Below are positions 1 to 13,609 of a DNA stretch of 64,000 nucleotides, piece by piece; the first letter of the stretch is position 1; each line of letters begins with the position of its first letter. Made by a program: the position numbers and the translations under genes. Under the pieces are notes generated by a model that saw nothing but the letters and a program-made list of their open reading frames with translations, had not been told where the DNA came from and made no database searches. This DNA comes from Eledone cirrhosa (taxonomy: Eukaryota), in assembly GCA_964016885.1 (NCBI GenBank), contig OZ024740.1:325748001-325812000 (forward strand), written 5' to 3'.

Positions 1-2257
1 CATTGCCAATCTGACTCTTGCCGGCAGCAACAAAAACCAGAGCCATCTCCAATCTGCTTGCTTTGATTGGAAGAAAGCAGATTGGAACTTGTACTGCACT
101 GAGCTACAGCGCCCAAACTGGCATGAGATGTATAACTCTGGAGATGTGAACACTATACTCCAGAGCATCCTGGACTCAATATGGATAGCGTGTGCAGCAT
201 CGGTGCCACGTAAGCAGAAAAAAAAACGCCCAAAAAGTGCAATTTGGGAAACTTCAGCGGTCCGACTTGCCAGGAAAGAACGTCGGAACGCTGAATGGGA
301 ATATAAACTGTATAAATCAGATGCCAACAGAAAAAAGCGGAATAAATCTTCTAACCATCTCAAGCAAGTGACAAAGAAGGCAGTGCTTGAATTTGAACAG
401 TGCATAGCAACCAATCCTGACAGTAAGGTGTTCTGGAAATATGTTCATTCAAAGCAGAAATCTCACTCTCCAGTTGGTCCTCTTCTCAATCCCCACACAA
501 GCCAGATCACTGACGATCCCAAAGAATGCGCAGAACTCATTGCTGAGTGCTATGCAAGTATTTTTACTGTTGAAAACCAGAATGTACCATCTCCACCATC
601 AAATTCCATAACAACTATGGAATTTACACCTGCAATGTTGCGACGTCACCTTAAGAATAAGCGCAACCCTGGTCTTGATGGTGTTACATACCTGCTTCTC
701 AAACGTGGCGGGTATTTCCTTTTGCGCCAGCTTTCTTTCTTCTTTCAATACTGTCTCAACAATGGTGCTACTCCGGGGCAGTGGAAAACTGCCAGTGTCA
801 TTCCCCTGTTCAAAAAGGGCGACCGCACATCAGCTATCAACTATCATCCAGTCAGTCTTACTAGCTGTATGGCCAAACTGATGGAATCCTGTGTCAGAGA
901 AACACTTTGGAACTTCTGGAGCTCTCACAGCCTCATCCGGCCCTCACAGTTTGGATTTATCCCTAACTCCAGCTGCTGTGATCAGCATATTGAGTTCCTT
1001 GAAGACATCACCCGGATCACTGACAGCGGCTCATGGGTGGATGTTGTTTACCTTGACTTTGCTAAGGCTTTTAATTCTGTGCCACACAAAAGACTTATGG
1101 CAAAACTCTCTGCAATGGGTGTGAGGGATGATCTTTTCGACTGGTTGAAATCCTTCATTCTCAGCCGAAAAGAAGTAGTCACGGTTCTAGGACAGCATTC
1201 TTCACCATCTGGTGTACCACAGGGATCTGTTCTCGGTCCCCTTTTGTTTGTGGCATATATTAATGACCTAGATGCCAACTTACAGAATGCCACGGTACTG
1301 AAATATGCAGATGACATCAAGCTGTACCTTGAAATCAAAAGGACTGATCCTGAAATCTACAACTCTTTCCTACAATCAGACCTGGACACAATGCATCACA
1401 GACTGGCAACTGAAGCTGGCTGTGGACAAGTGTACCACCATGCATTTTGAGAGGAAAAATCCAGCGTCCACATACTCCCTCCACAACACTGATATCAAGA
1501 AGTCCTCTTGTGAACGTGACCTGGGCATTACTGTCAGCAGCGATTTGCGTTGTACAAAGCATGTCTCTAAGATTGTCAAGAAGGCCGAGGGTCTCTTGGC
1601 ATCACTCAGCAAGACCTTTGTTAGCCGCTCTCCAGCCATCTATTTAAAACTATACAGCTATGGTACGACCACACTTGGAATTCGCATCATCAGTCTGGAA
1701 CCCCTATCTTGCTCAGAACATTGACCTCCTGGAAACTGTTCAGAGACATGCAACCAAGCGCATACCCTCCATCAGACACCTACCATACTCTGAACGCCTT
1801 GCTTCCCTGGGCATGGATTCATTGAAGCTCCGACGTCTGGCAATGGACTTGGTAAATACCCACAAAGTTATTAACCATCTCGCCAATTGCAACCCTGAGC
1901 ACCTTTTTGATCTCCATGTGTCTAACACACGTGGACATGCCTACAAAATCAGAAAACAACACAGCTCCCATGACTTTCATAGACATTTTTTCACGCTCAG
2001 AGTTGCTGAAGCATGGAACAAACTGCCTGCGTCAGTTGTTAGCTGCTGAGACACTGCATCCTTTAAGACACTCATGCTTCCCGAAATACGCCAAAACTAC
2101 ACCTAATGTACTCCTTCCATACACATGCACACGTGTGTATCATGACTCATGCACTGTTCATTTTCCTGATGTTTGTACATTACCCTATGTACTATACATA
2201 CACTTTTTGATGAGTTGTGGTGCACCTGAGCACTGTACACAATATTTCATTATTATA
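1..2257 (+). mobile_element. CR1-type LINE, degenerate ORF2 (RT) and 3' end
   Basis: YLDFAKAF, GVPQGSVLGP, YADD and C-terminal RGH...FFTLRVAEAWNKLP motifs; frameshifts near 1390 and 1655; (ATT)n tail. Confidence 0.93.
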
Positions 2258-3004
2258 TCTAACTTTCTCATTATTAAGTCAGTGTTTGGAACAAACATTC
2301 TTACATAAATTTATGAATGATGGTTTAAATTTAAAATATGAGCTCTATAAAAATATACTGCCCTGTAACATAAAACCAGTGACAGTTGCAGGCAGTTCTG
2401 TATCAGAAGAATAAAGAAAAGTTTTTGGTTAAATAATTACTGACACGTGTGCTGTGTTTAGTTGGTGCCATTGTATATTATATAAGATTCTGACTTAGCA
2501 GACTCATTAGGATGTCAGTTAGAATGCTTTGTAGTATTTGTTTTGGTTCTCTGCAGTTCAAATCTGGCTGATGTCAAGTTTGTCTTTAATCCTTTTCAGG
2601 TTGATAAAATAACAGTCATTGACTGGGGACCAATTTTCTTCTGCATCTCTTTCTCACTTCCTCTCTAACACTCTCTCTCTCTCTGTATCTCTTGCCCACT
2701 TCTTCTGTACCTCTTGCCCACTTCCACTCTATCACTCTCTCTGTATCTCTTTCTCACTTCCTCTGTATGTCTTGCCCACTTCCACTTTATCACTCACTAC
2801 ATATCACATTCTCGCTTCTTCTGTATATCTTTCTCTGGAAGAAATCACCTATGTGAGCTCTAGAGAGGGATGCACTCCACCAGGTTTAAATGCCCACGAT
2901 CTGCCATATGTCACAATGTCATCGCTATGACTCCATCAGGAGTTAAGTGATCATCCCATTAATGGCATACTATAGAATAAAATAGATTTTAGCCAGCACT
3001 GCAT

Positions 3005-3300
3005 GTGACTCACTGGCACAGCTTACTGTGTCACACTGTCCATTGACACCACAGTCACCTTACTGTGTCACGCACACATTTTACTGTGCCACAGTCACAC
3101 CTTACTGTGTCACAGTCACATCTTACTGTATCACAGTCACACCTTACTGTGTCACACTGTCAAACCTTACTGCCACACTATCACATCTTACCGTGTCACA
3201 CTGTCACTCCATTCTGTGTCACACTGTCACACGTCACACATTACTGTGTGACACCCTGTTATGTCACACCTTGTTATACCCTGCTATGTCACACTATCAC
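3005..3300. repeat. minisatellite, about 21-bp unit (acagtcacaccttactgtgtc)
   Basis: visible tandem units that decay towards the right. Confidence 0.85.
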
Positions 3301-3363
3301 AGTATCTATCTGTCTGAATGTTTCACATTGATTGTAGTACTTGACGTGTTCTTTCCATTTCAG

Positions 3364-3603
3364 TTCAATGGCCGTATCGATTTTAAATTTGGAGTGTCTG
3401 AAATCGAGCAACAAATGCGGAGTAAAAAGTTCTACTCCCTGAAGGACAGTGAACTTGTATTTAATGTAACTGTTCAGGATTGGTTCCTGGCCATGTCACA
3501 GAATGGTTCAGCCACCTCTCACTGTTTTAGCTCCACAGTGAAGCTCCAATGGGTTGGAGATATAGTGCGAAGTTTTAAACCAAACACCCTTGTCTCGGTT
3601 ACC
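3364..3603 (+). CDS. TEP/Mcr-like exon A (FNGRIDFKFG...FKPNTLVSVT), phase 0-0
   Basis: ttccatttcAG acceptor, 240 nt open frame, GTaagt donor. Confidence 0.85.
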
Positions 3604-4578
3604 GTAAGTATTTATTTACATGATGAACAGAGTTATATAATAATGAAAGTATTTTAAAATAAAATTTTAATTAATAAATTGGAGGCAAGAAAAAGGAAGA
3701 GAGGGGAAAGAAAAATTAATTAAAATGGAGAAAGGAAAGGGAGAAGGAAGGGACAATTTTACAGTGTTGACTGGGTGGTATATTTCAGCTGTACCCTGCA
3801 GAAATGAGGGAAAATCCATTACCATAGAGAATAACACTTGTTGCATCAGCCATTCCACCTCGCAAGGTTCCTTTCTCAGGCGAGATGTACTTTCCTTGAT
3901 TTTGTGGGGGAAAACAGCAGTAGTCCAAGGACTGGGGAGGATACCAGAGGTTTTAATGATGACCAGTATGAAAAGAAAGTGGTCAGTCAAAATACTGTAT
4001 TTGGTTATCTTCAGCTTCTCTGTAGAAGTCCAGAGACAGGTGATGCCAGAGGTGAAAATAGCAACCAGCTCAAAAAGGAAGCACAATATTTGGTTATCTT
4101 CTGCTCTTCCGTGGCAATGACAACTGGCACAAAATGACATTGGCTTGAGTATTCACTGAAGAAATGGAATGAGATAGTTGGATCATGTGTTTGCGAAGGA
4201 TGAAAACAATAACTACTCCCAGGTCTAACTAAACCCCCCCCCCCCCCCCCCCCCCCCTCATATACTTATTGAATTTTGCTAATCTATCTCCAGCAAAATT
4301 TTATTGTAATTGATTAATATTGATACAGCAGCTGGAGGTTCTAATAATCATTTTATTTTAAATAAAAAAAAAACATTAGATATGACAAAAAAGAAACACT
4401 ATAAGAAATCCCATATTTACAAACGTACACTATGCAATTACCAATCCCCACAAGAATTTAAGCAAATGTCCAACCTCTCTCCACTTATTCCACACACACC
4501 CTATTAGTTGTGATCCGAGAGTAAGTGAGAGGAAAAGAACCAGTGGTAAATGTTTTTTTGTTTTGTTTTAATTTTCAG

Positions 4579-4761
4579 TTGGCGCTAATGAAACAAGATG
4601 GCAGCCAGGTTGTTGACGAAAACAAGAATGTAGATATAGTTGTTCATGCGAAGAATTTAAATAGTAAAACGTTAAAAGAAACAGAATCGAAGCGACCTGT
4701 CAATGGGTTTGTTACATATGAATTAAATGTTGGCAATGATGTTAAAATTATCTCCTTCACA
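4579..4761 (+). CDS. exon B (LALMKQDGS...KIISFT), phase 0-0
   Basis: ttttcAG acceptor, GTaagt donor, 183 nt. Confidence 0.85.
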
Positions 4762-5688
4762 GTAAGTCTTTTTTACATTCCTATGACAAACTACTGTATC
4801 CTGTTTATAGTGATGTGACTGTGGAGTTAACGTTTAGCATACTAGTAATTTTTATGAATTGTTTCCCTTGACACTGCAATATCTATTAAGGGGACATTAC
4901 TCATATGGCGCATTTAGTCATCCGCAGTGTGTTGAAGGTTAAGTAGTTTGCTTTGCAGTCATGTTGTTTCAGGTTCGTTCACACTGCTTAACATCTTTGG
5001 TAAATATCTTCTATTGGGTTGGCCAATACTTGGTGAGGTAAATTTGGTAAACAGAAATTATATGTGTGTGTTTATGCCTTTGTTTATGTCCCATAGTTTA
5101 GCAATATGACAAAAAGAGAGAATTAAAATAGTGCCAGACTTGAAAAATAAGTACTAAGAATATTTACCATGCATATAGCCTAGTGGTTAGTGTGTTGGTC
5201 TCATGATCATAGAATTGTGTATTTGATTCCTAGTCCAAGTATTGCATTGTGTTTTTGAGCAAAACATTGTATTTTACATTGATTTTCATTAAAACATTCT
5301 AGACATCTATGAGATGTAACTTCAGAGAAGATCAGCTAAAACTGCATAGGTGTGAGCTGTAACATTAAAAATATGATAGGACTGGGGCTGCAATCATTAA
5401 AGTCCCAAGAAACTTCTTATGAGATACAATTTCATAGAAAGCCAACTAAACCTACATAGGTATGAGCTGTAACTTAAACTCTTAACATTTTATGATGATT
5501 TAGCAGAGAATATCTAAAAACAAGATAATTCAAATGTGTTTAGTATCTTTACTAGTGGACAGATTATTGTGAAAATTTGCAGTAAACTAAAGGCTTATTA
5601 ATGTGGTTTCATGCAGTACAGAACATTATGAGTTAACTTTGCTTCTAACTAGTTAATATTTATTCCTTTTGCATTTAATTTTTTCAAG

Positions 5689-5790
5689 GCATCATATGAA
5701 GGATCTGCAGATGCAACACTAATAGCAAGTCGGTATTTTTCTGGAAGCCAAACTTATGTTTCCGTTACAACATCCACTAAAAATCCAATG
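5689..5790 (+). CDS. exon C (ASYEGSADATLIASRYFSGSQTYVSVTTSTKNPM), phase 0-0
   Basis: ttttcaAG acceptor, GTaagt donor, 102 nt. Confidence 0.85.
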
Positions 5791-6920
5791 GTAAGTCATT
5801 TTTTTAAAATAATTATATCAGTAAGGCAGCAAATTGGCAGAGTCATTAGGGCATCAAATAAAATGTGCATCTGTACCTGTATCCCAGCTCACTGGGCTCT
5901 GAGTTCAAATTCTGTCAAAGTCAACTTGGCTTTTTATCATTTCAAGATTGATAAAGTACCAGTCCAATACTAGAGTTGATTCTTCTTCTTACTATGTTTC
6001 TGAGTCTCCCTAACTCTGTCTGTCTGTCTCTCTTTGTCTAGAAGAGAGAAAACCCCTTATTTTTAGGTGTGGTAATTTTGGTGTATATTTTGTTTTTATT
6101 TTTACATTTATTTTTATCTTTAATTGATTTGATTTGCTCCCTTCTGTATTAACCTTTCTCCCCTCTTTACACCACCTCCAGACATATGCCAAAACTATAT
6201 TAAAATGAAAACAAAAATGGAAACAAAAATGAAAAATACCAGTTTCAATGTTGCTTTAGGCATGAAACTCCAGGTGTCTGATCAAAGTTTTTATCATTAA
6301 ACTTACTTACTTGTACTTGTGGCAGTGTTCACACAGGGTTGGTTGAGCCAGCTACATCGAAGGAATTCACAGTGTAAGTTCATTTCAATGGAGTTTCTTT
6401 GGGCGATTGATTTCACAAGCACTGCCCAGCTGCAAGTATATGCACTTTAGGATAGTGCAATCCAAGCATTGCATCTGTTATAGCACCAAGCTCTTGCTTT
6501 CACACCCAATCCAATTTGGTGGAGCCAGTGCTGTGACAAGATGCATGGGAGGGAGTTTGGCCAGCAGAGGTGATAAACACAACCTAATTGAACCATTTTG
6601 TAGGACGGCAGAAGCTCACCTACTGCCCAGCTCAGGCATACTGTCTCTTGGTATCATCAAAGAGTAACTACAAATACATTTTGTAAAACATTTCATTAGT
6701 AAAAAATAAAAATTATTAGAAAAGTCATCCTTATCATTTTCATAAATACTGCACACAAGCACACACACGCACATGTACACACACACACTTCAATAGTTTG
6801 TTTTCATTGCCACATATATTGAGGAATGGTTTATGGTGCTTAGCACCAAATCAACTATGAAGTCCTTGTACTTGTTTTTCTGTTAGTTAGCTATAATATT
6901 TTATTGTGTTTGTCTTCTAG

Positions 6921-6983
6921 GTTAACGAGTTTATGGTATTCCATGTGAAGACATCTACCTATGTTGAGAAAGTCTTTTATCAG
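6921..6983 (+). CDS. exon D (VNEFMVFHVKTSTYVEKVFYQ), phase 0-0
   Basis: cttctAG acceptor, GTaaga donor, 63 nt. Confidence 0.85.
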
Positions 6984-7479
6984 GTAAGATGGTGTCTGAG
7001 TTTCATCATCATCATTTTATGTCCGCTTTCCATGCTGGCATGTCCAAGACCAGACAGGTGGGAATGATCAACATTGCTCATTATTTTGCATATTTGGTAT
7101 GGTTTCTACAGCTAGATGCTCTTCCTAATGCCAACCACTTTACAGAGTGTACTAGGTGTCTTTTTGTGGCACCAGCACCACCAATTTACAGAGTGGACTG
7201 GATTTATTTTATCATGACACCAACAATAACACTTTGCAGAGTGCACTGGGTGCATTTTATCATAGCACCAGCACTAGAGAGGTTGTTACATGCTAGGCCA
7301 GACTGAAGATTCCTCTCAAACTCTATATTGTGTTCATTTGATTGCCAAACAATATAGTCTCCAATCTAGTGTCACAATATTTGTACCGCTTGGTCTTTTG
7401 TATTATGGCATATCGTGGGTCATCTCTTTTGTGAAGTTGTTATTTTTACATGTTAAATTGTTGATGCATGTTTGTATAT

Positions 7480-7975
7480 GTTAGACCTCTGTCAATTCTG
7501 ACGATGACTATTCCAGTTGTTTGATCAACAGAACAGCCTGCTGAGCATTCTACAGCCTTGTGTGTGTGTGTTGGACCTCCCTTAGTTCTGATGATGAGTA
7601 TTCCAGTTGTTTAATCAACAGAACAGCCTGCTTGTGAAATTAATCTGCAAGTGGCTGAGCATTCTACAGACGTGTGTGTTTCTGTGTGTGTGTGTGTTGG
7701 ACCACCCTTAGTTCCAATGATAAGTGTTCAGTTGTTTGATTTAGAGAATAATAGCTTGCTCATGTATATTTAGCATAATTCTTTGGGCGATTCAACATGA
7801 CATTGAGTGCGACAACATGACTGGCCCTTTGAATTACAGGTAAAACTAATTATTTCCAGCTAAGTGAACAGAAGTAATATGAAATAAAGTGTCATGTTGA
7901 AGGTCACAAAGCATCACCATTAATCAAACACTTTATGGTTGTGAGCCAAACACCATAACCACTAAGTCACACAAT
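7480..7975 (-). mobile_element. old tRNA-derived SINE family 3 with triplicated 3' end (related pieces at 9005-9305, 37630-37740, 43700-43990, 45940-46140)
   Basis: tRNA-like head at the right end; shared acctgtaattcaaagggccag...gaatctccctgagaa core; three tandem ccagttgtttgatcaacagaacagcctgc units. Confidence 0.65.
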
Positions 7976-8796
7976 TTTACAAATTGGTGTGATAAAATGG
8001 TGTTGGGGTTGAATGGCCTATATGTAATGCAAGTTGTGTTATTTTGTTTGGTGTTTGTTTTATATGGACACTGAGATTAGTATCGTGTGTTTTAGTATCA
8101 GGCTATGGCACTCGGTGCTCTCTATGAAATGGTTGGCATTCAACTGGTGATAACATAAATTAGGGAGAGCTCTTCAGTCAAGTCCACAACCGGACAGCCT
8201 CCTTAGTGTTGTTACCAAGAGGAAAGGTACTCAGTACACTTTGTAAAGTGGTTGGCATTAGAAATGACATAATATGCTGTAGAAGTTATGCTAAAAAGAG
8301 TCAAAAGAACTCTTCAGTTGTGTCTAGGACAAGACAACCTCCCACATGCCACAAGAAAATACAGGTACTCCATAATTCATATTTAGATTGAGTGGTTATT
8401 TCATATTATGTGTGCAGTGCTAATCAATAATATTTTTTGAATGTTCTGAAGAGATGGTCCAGGTAGGATCTGGTTAAAATGTTTCTTTACATTCTTTTCT
8501 TAATCATATCTAAAGCCCTTATGATGATTGGAACTGTTTTTGTTGTTGTTATTCAATGGATTTGCAGTATCAGTAGAGTATTGGACAATATGCTTTGCAG
8601 CATAGAGTTATGGTTCTTTACGTTCTGAGTTTAAATCCTGCCATGGTTAGCTTTGCTTTTCATCCCTATGGGGTTGATAAAATAAAGTACTAGTAATGCA
8701 CTGGGGTCGATTTAATTGACTACCCCCTTCTCCAAAATTGTTGGCTTTGTACCTAAATCAGAAATCGTTATTATTATTGTTGTTCTGTTGTTTCAG

Positions 8797-8991
8797 ATTG
8801 TTGCCAAGGGAAACATTCTTCTGGGAGATGAGCTTTTAATGGGATCCAGTCGTCAGAAGACCTTCTCTGTTGCTCTGTCGCGAAGAATGGTGCCAACAGC
8901 TCGTATTGTAGTATATTTCATTCGTCCTGCTGATCAAGAGGTTATTGTTGATGTCTTGAACTTCTTCATCAATGGAGCTGCCAATAATGAA
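8797..8991 (+). CDS. exon E (IVAKGNILLG...MVPTARIVVYF...ANNE), phase 0-0
   Basis: tttcAG acceptor, GTgagt donor, 195 nt; A2M macroglobulin-domain motif MVPTARIVVY. Confidence 0.92.
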
Positions 8992-9980
8992 GTGAGTATT
9001 TGCAGGTGTACTTGCAATTCAAAGTGCCAGCCTTATTACATACTGTGTCAAACTGAATCTCCCTGAGAATTATGTTAAAGATGTATGTGTCTTAAGAATA
9101 CTCAACCCCTTGTACTATAATACAAGATGGGCTGTATCTATAATTCAAATGGCCAGCCATATCACGCACTGTGTCATGCTGAATCTCCTTGAGAACTATG
9201 TTAAAGATGCATGTCTGTGGAATGCTCAGCCACTTACACTATAATACAAGATGAATTATACTTGTAATTCAAAGGACCAACCCTGTCACACAGATTCTCC
9301 CTGAACCCCAACACAACACATTTAGTAATATAAGTAACTTCCTCATTATTAAACTGGTTTTGGATCTTAAAGGTGTGTTCATAAAATTAGAGTTGAAGGT
9401 TTTTAGATAAATATAAATAAACATTTTAACATATAGTTTCATACCATAGCAGAAGGAGGTTTCAGGTGGTTTGGTATAAAAAGGGTTAAGATGGTGTTTG
9501 GAAAATAATTTGACAGCAAACAATATATATTGACATATTAAGCTGGTATTTGGAACATAACTTAACAAGTTTTTTTAAAATAATATTATGATTGAATGTT
9601 TTTAGATGAATATAAACAATTTAAGACAAACAGGGTTAATAGTTTTTCAGTTCAGAGACAAAATGTTTCTGGATTAAGAATGAAATAATCATCATTGTAA
9701 TTTTATGTCCACTTGCCATGCTTCATGGTTTGTGACAGTCAGAGACTAGACTGGTTGGAGAACATATTTGGTATGGTTTCTATGGCTGGATGCCCTCCCT
9801 AATACCAACCATCTTACAGCATGTACTGGATGCATTTTATTGTGACACTCACACTAGTATTTTATGGAGTGTACTGGGTGCATTTCTTTTTGTGACACTC
9901 GCACTAGTACTTTACAGAGTATACCGGGTGCACTCATTAATTAACACCACTCCTTACTTCATATGTTTGTTTTCTGTTAG

Positions 9981-10130
9981 GTACGAGCAACATTTAACCG
10001 TGGTAAAGATTTCACCCGTGACACCATTGAAATAAATGCTTATGCAGACCCAGGATCATATGTGGTGTTTGCTGCTGTACCCTACGACCTCTACATTCGT
10101 GGTATGGGGGCTGGCATCACACAAAACCAG
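9981..10130 (+). CDS. exon F (VRATFNRGKD...ADPGSYV...GITQNQ), phase 0-0
   Basis: tgttAG acceptor, GTaagt donor, 150 nt. Confidence 0.92.
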
Positions 10131-11471
10131 GTAAGTTGACCTATATATTGCCATGTAATATGTTCCGTGAAGGTGCTCAATCTAGTGGTTAGAGTGCTGT
10201 CATGGGTTTGATTTCTCAATCAGGTGGTGTGTTGTGTACTTGAGCAAAACTCTCCTTTTCCCACTTTGCTTCAGTCAACCCATCTGGAAATTATTACCAG
10301 CAGCAACTAGGGGTTAACCCTGGCATACTTTCCACCAGTGTGTCTTGCAGTTTTAACACTTATGAAGCTGTGGCCTGATGAATCTTTAGATTTGGGAAAG
10401 ACTTCAATTTTAACTTTTTAATACGTTCTGTAGTTGATATGACTGACTAAATTCTTTTAATGACCACAGTCAAATGACTAAAACCATTAAAAGAATGATG
10501 ATGATGATCATTATTATTATTATTAGCATAATTTTCAGTTCATTTTTCACACATGGAAGTATTAGATGGATTGTCATAGTCGGAGCTCTGGTGGATCCAA
10601 GTGAGCATTCTTGCTGATACATTACTTATTTAGCATGATTTCTATGGCTGGATACTGTTCCTAACATTAACTACCTTACAAAGTGTATTGAGTGTATTTT
10701 CTTTTTTGGTGTGGCACTAAGCACCATCACTGGGTATGTTTTATAGTGGCACAAACAATACCACTTTGCAGGGTATAGTGAGAGAATTATATACACTACC
10801 ATTTTATAAAGTGGACAGGGTGCATTTTATCATGGTGCCAACACTAATACTTTACAAGGTGTACTGGGTGCATTTTATTGTGAACCCAGCATAAAGAGGT
10901 TGTTACATGATCGGCCATGCTAAAGAGTCCTTTCAAACCCTGTAGTGTCTGCATTCAATAGCCAAACACTAGCCTTTGGTCTAGCTAATCTGTTCATCAT
11001 CATCGTCATCATTTAGCTAGCATGGGTTGGATTGGTTGTCACAGTCCAAATTAGTACTTATTCAGAGCAACAGACCTCTTAAGCGGATTGGGGTAGTCAC
11101 TTGTTTACATAGGTTCCTACACTCTATAGAATGCACCATGTGCATTTTATCATGTCACTAACATAAGAGAGATTGTGGTGCCTTTGACCTAGCAGAAGAA
11201 CTTGTCTAACATTAGATTCTTCTTCTTCTCCCTCTCCTCCTCCTTCTTTTCCTTCTTCTCCCTCTCCTCCTCTTTTTTCTTCTCTTTCTTCTCCTTTTCT
11301 TCTCTCTCTCTCTCTCTCACATCACACATCACACCACCATCATCATTAAAGAGGTTGTCATCAGCTCAGCCAGACTGAAGAATCTTCTCAAACCCTTATT
11401 GTTTCAATTTGATCAGCAAGCACTGTAACTTTTGGTATAGCTAATCTGTTTTCTGTTATAATATTTTGTAG

Positions 11472-11609
11472 TTGATTGATGAGCTCTACACATATGATGA
11501 ACCTGCCAACAGTACCTACAGACACTTATGGAGGGTTAATGAAGCTGAATATGAATACAAGTTCTTCTCAGCTAATGGCTATGGTATGGATGCCCATTCT
11601 ACTTTCATG
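11472..11609 (+). CDS. exon G (LIDELYTYDEPANSTYRHLW...GMDAHSTFM), phase 0-0
   Basis: ttttgtAG acceptor, GTatgt donor, 138 nt. Confidence 0.9.
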
Positions 11610-11809
11610 GTATGTTTACAGTTTCTTTTCTTACCTATTTTATTGTGGCATATACATTATCACTTTAGAGAGTGTACTGAGTGCATTTTGTCATGGCATG
11701 TGAGCACTGGCAAGGTACATTTTACCATAGCTAGAGCACTACCACTTGACAGTGTATTGGATGTGTTTTATTATAGCACCAGTACCAACACTAGAGTTGG
11801 TGCCATATA

Positions 11810-12021
11810 CAGGGTGTTTAAAAAAATTTCTTATTATTTGAGATGTAAATATCCCATAAACTACAAAGTCTAGGACAACAAGACTGAGCAGGTTTAATGT
11901 TGAGCAACATAAGATTTATTCCTCAAAATGTGTCAACATTATAACATTAATTTAGAATATATAGGGGTAGTTTCTCAAATATTTACATCTCAAATGATAT
12001 CTAATTCTTTGAAACACTCTG
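11810..12021. mobile_element. Tc1/mariner-type MITE
   Basis: TA followed by CAGGGTGTTT at the left end and AAACACTCTG at the right; TIR continues as tttgagatgtaaatat / atatttacatctcaaa. Confidence 0.75.
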
Positions 12022-12430
12022 TGTAGTCTGAAAGTGATCAGACCTATCTTGCATCTCAGATTTACTCCAGACTGCATCGTCCATTGTCCACTGTGCTGAT
12101 GTCCACGTGACTTACATCCGACTGACGATAACAGAACATTTCTCGCTCATGTTCACAAAACATGTCCACACTCAACCACGACCTGAGGGAATAGAGGCAG
12201 TCAGTAGGCTTGAACCCTGATGTGACATCACTCATCCCCCAACTTCTGGCAGTCCCTTCTCGACAGCCCCTCAACCTGTATAACTTATTAACTCCTCCCA
12301 TCCCTTGGAATTCAAGTTAACCCAAGTAGGATTTGAACCCAAAACAATTAAGTACTTTTCTACAATTCAATTTGAGGAATAAATTGTTTTGTTAGTTGAA
12401 CTTCTTCACCATCTGTTATTATTTTTGCAG

Positions 12431-12479
12431 CGAGCTGGTCTTTTAGTCTTAACTGATGCCAACATTACACAAAAAACAA
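12431..12479 (+). CDS. exon H (RAGLLVLTDANITQKT), phase 0-1
   Basis: ttttgcAG acceptor, GTgagt donor, 49 nt; TEP motif GLxVLTD. Confidence 0.9.
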
Positions 12480-13166
12480 GTGAGTATATATATTATATAA
12501 ATTGTTAAATTAACGAGCACATTAATTAATCCTTTTTATAGCAAACTTCCTGAAACTGACCCTGTTTCTATGATACAGAATTGTTTGTTTTAAAATATTT
12601 TTTATCTTCCATCATAAATTTATGTAAAAACTTTTATGTTTTAGACACCAGCTTAATAATGTGAATGTTAGTTATATTAATATATCCCTCCAAATTCTCA
12701 ATCATTTGAAAATCATCGGCATTGTCTTTCATTAGAAATATTGGGATGAAAGTTAATGCTCTTAAATCCCATAACCCATACTACTACTACTACTACTTGC
12801 ATAGACAATATATTAACTCAGTTTGACTTGGTTCAATCTACATTTTCAAATGATGTGTATGGATGATGATTGTTGGATGAAGAAGTGTTAAGAGATCCAA
12901 TAGACGGAAGCTGCTGCAGTAGAGGTAGGCTGAACCTCACAGGAAAGATGATGGAGCGTAACAAATGGAGGGAAGTTGTAATGGAAAAGACCCATCCAAC
13001 CCATGCAGCATGGTAAAATAGATGTAAAAGGGTGATGATAATGATTAATTTGGTTCTTAATTCTTGTTTAACTCTTAATGAACATTCACTGCATGAAACT
13101 GCATTAGCAAGACATTCTTGAAAAGTACAAAACAGCACTATGAATGCATAACATTAAACATTAGTC

Positions 13167-13609
13167 CAGAGGTTCTGAAAGTGGGGTATTGAGAGGGTCC
13201 AGTGGGGTGCTGGGGCCTGTGGGGATGGGGGAAGTAAAGATGATATAATAGTGTATTAAATATCAAATATAGTAAAATATATATATCTATTTATACACAG
13301 TATATATTATATTATTAGATATTGACGCATAGAGTTACGGCCCTTGCCATTCTGAGTTCAAATCCCGCCGTGGTTAACTTTGCCTTTCATCCTTACGGGA
13401 TCGATAACATAAAGTACCAGTAATGTACTGTTTAATTGCTGGCCTTGTGCCAATAGTAGAAACAATTATTAGATATAAATATTAATGATTTTATTTATTA
13501 CATACTATTTACAATTTGCATGTAGGCAGGTATCTCTGGAAATGGGGAGGGGGGGGGGAGGGGCTGAGGTATTAGTGAAGCAGTGGCCCAAAAGGTTTGA
13601 GAACTGCTG
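13167..13609. mobile_element. hAT-type MITE with nested SINE fragment
   Basis: perfect 8-bp TSD CATTAGTC (13159-13166 and 13610-13617); CAG...CTG termini; nested SINE has its own TSD ATTATTAGATAT. Confidence 0.85.

Noticed and set aside
89-1450. RT ORFs as a retron, DGR or other prokaryotic RT system
   Set aside because: Motifs, frameshifts and simple-repeat tails identify them as CR1, RTE and Penelope retrotransposons.
3667-4140. Overlapping 100-157 aa ORFs
   Set aside because: No recognisable domain and no fit to the exon phase chain; exons A and B join directly.
10370-10410. CTGATGA...GAAA spacing like a hammerhead
   Set aside because: No convincing stem I or III and stem II is not adjacent to GAAA; probably chance.
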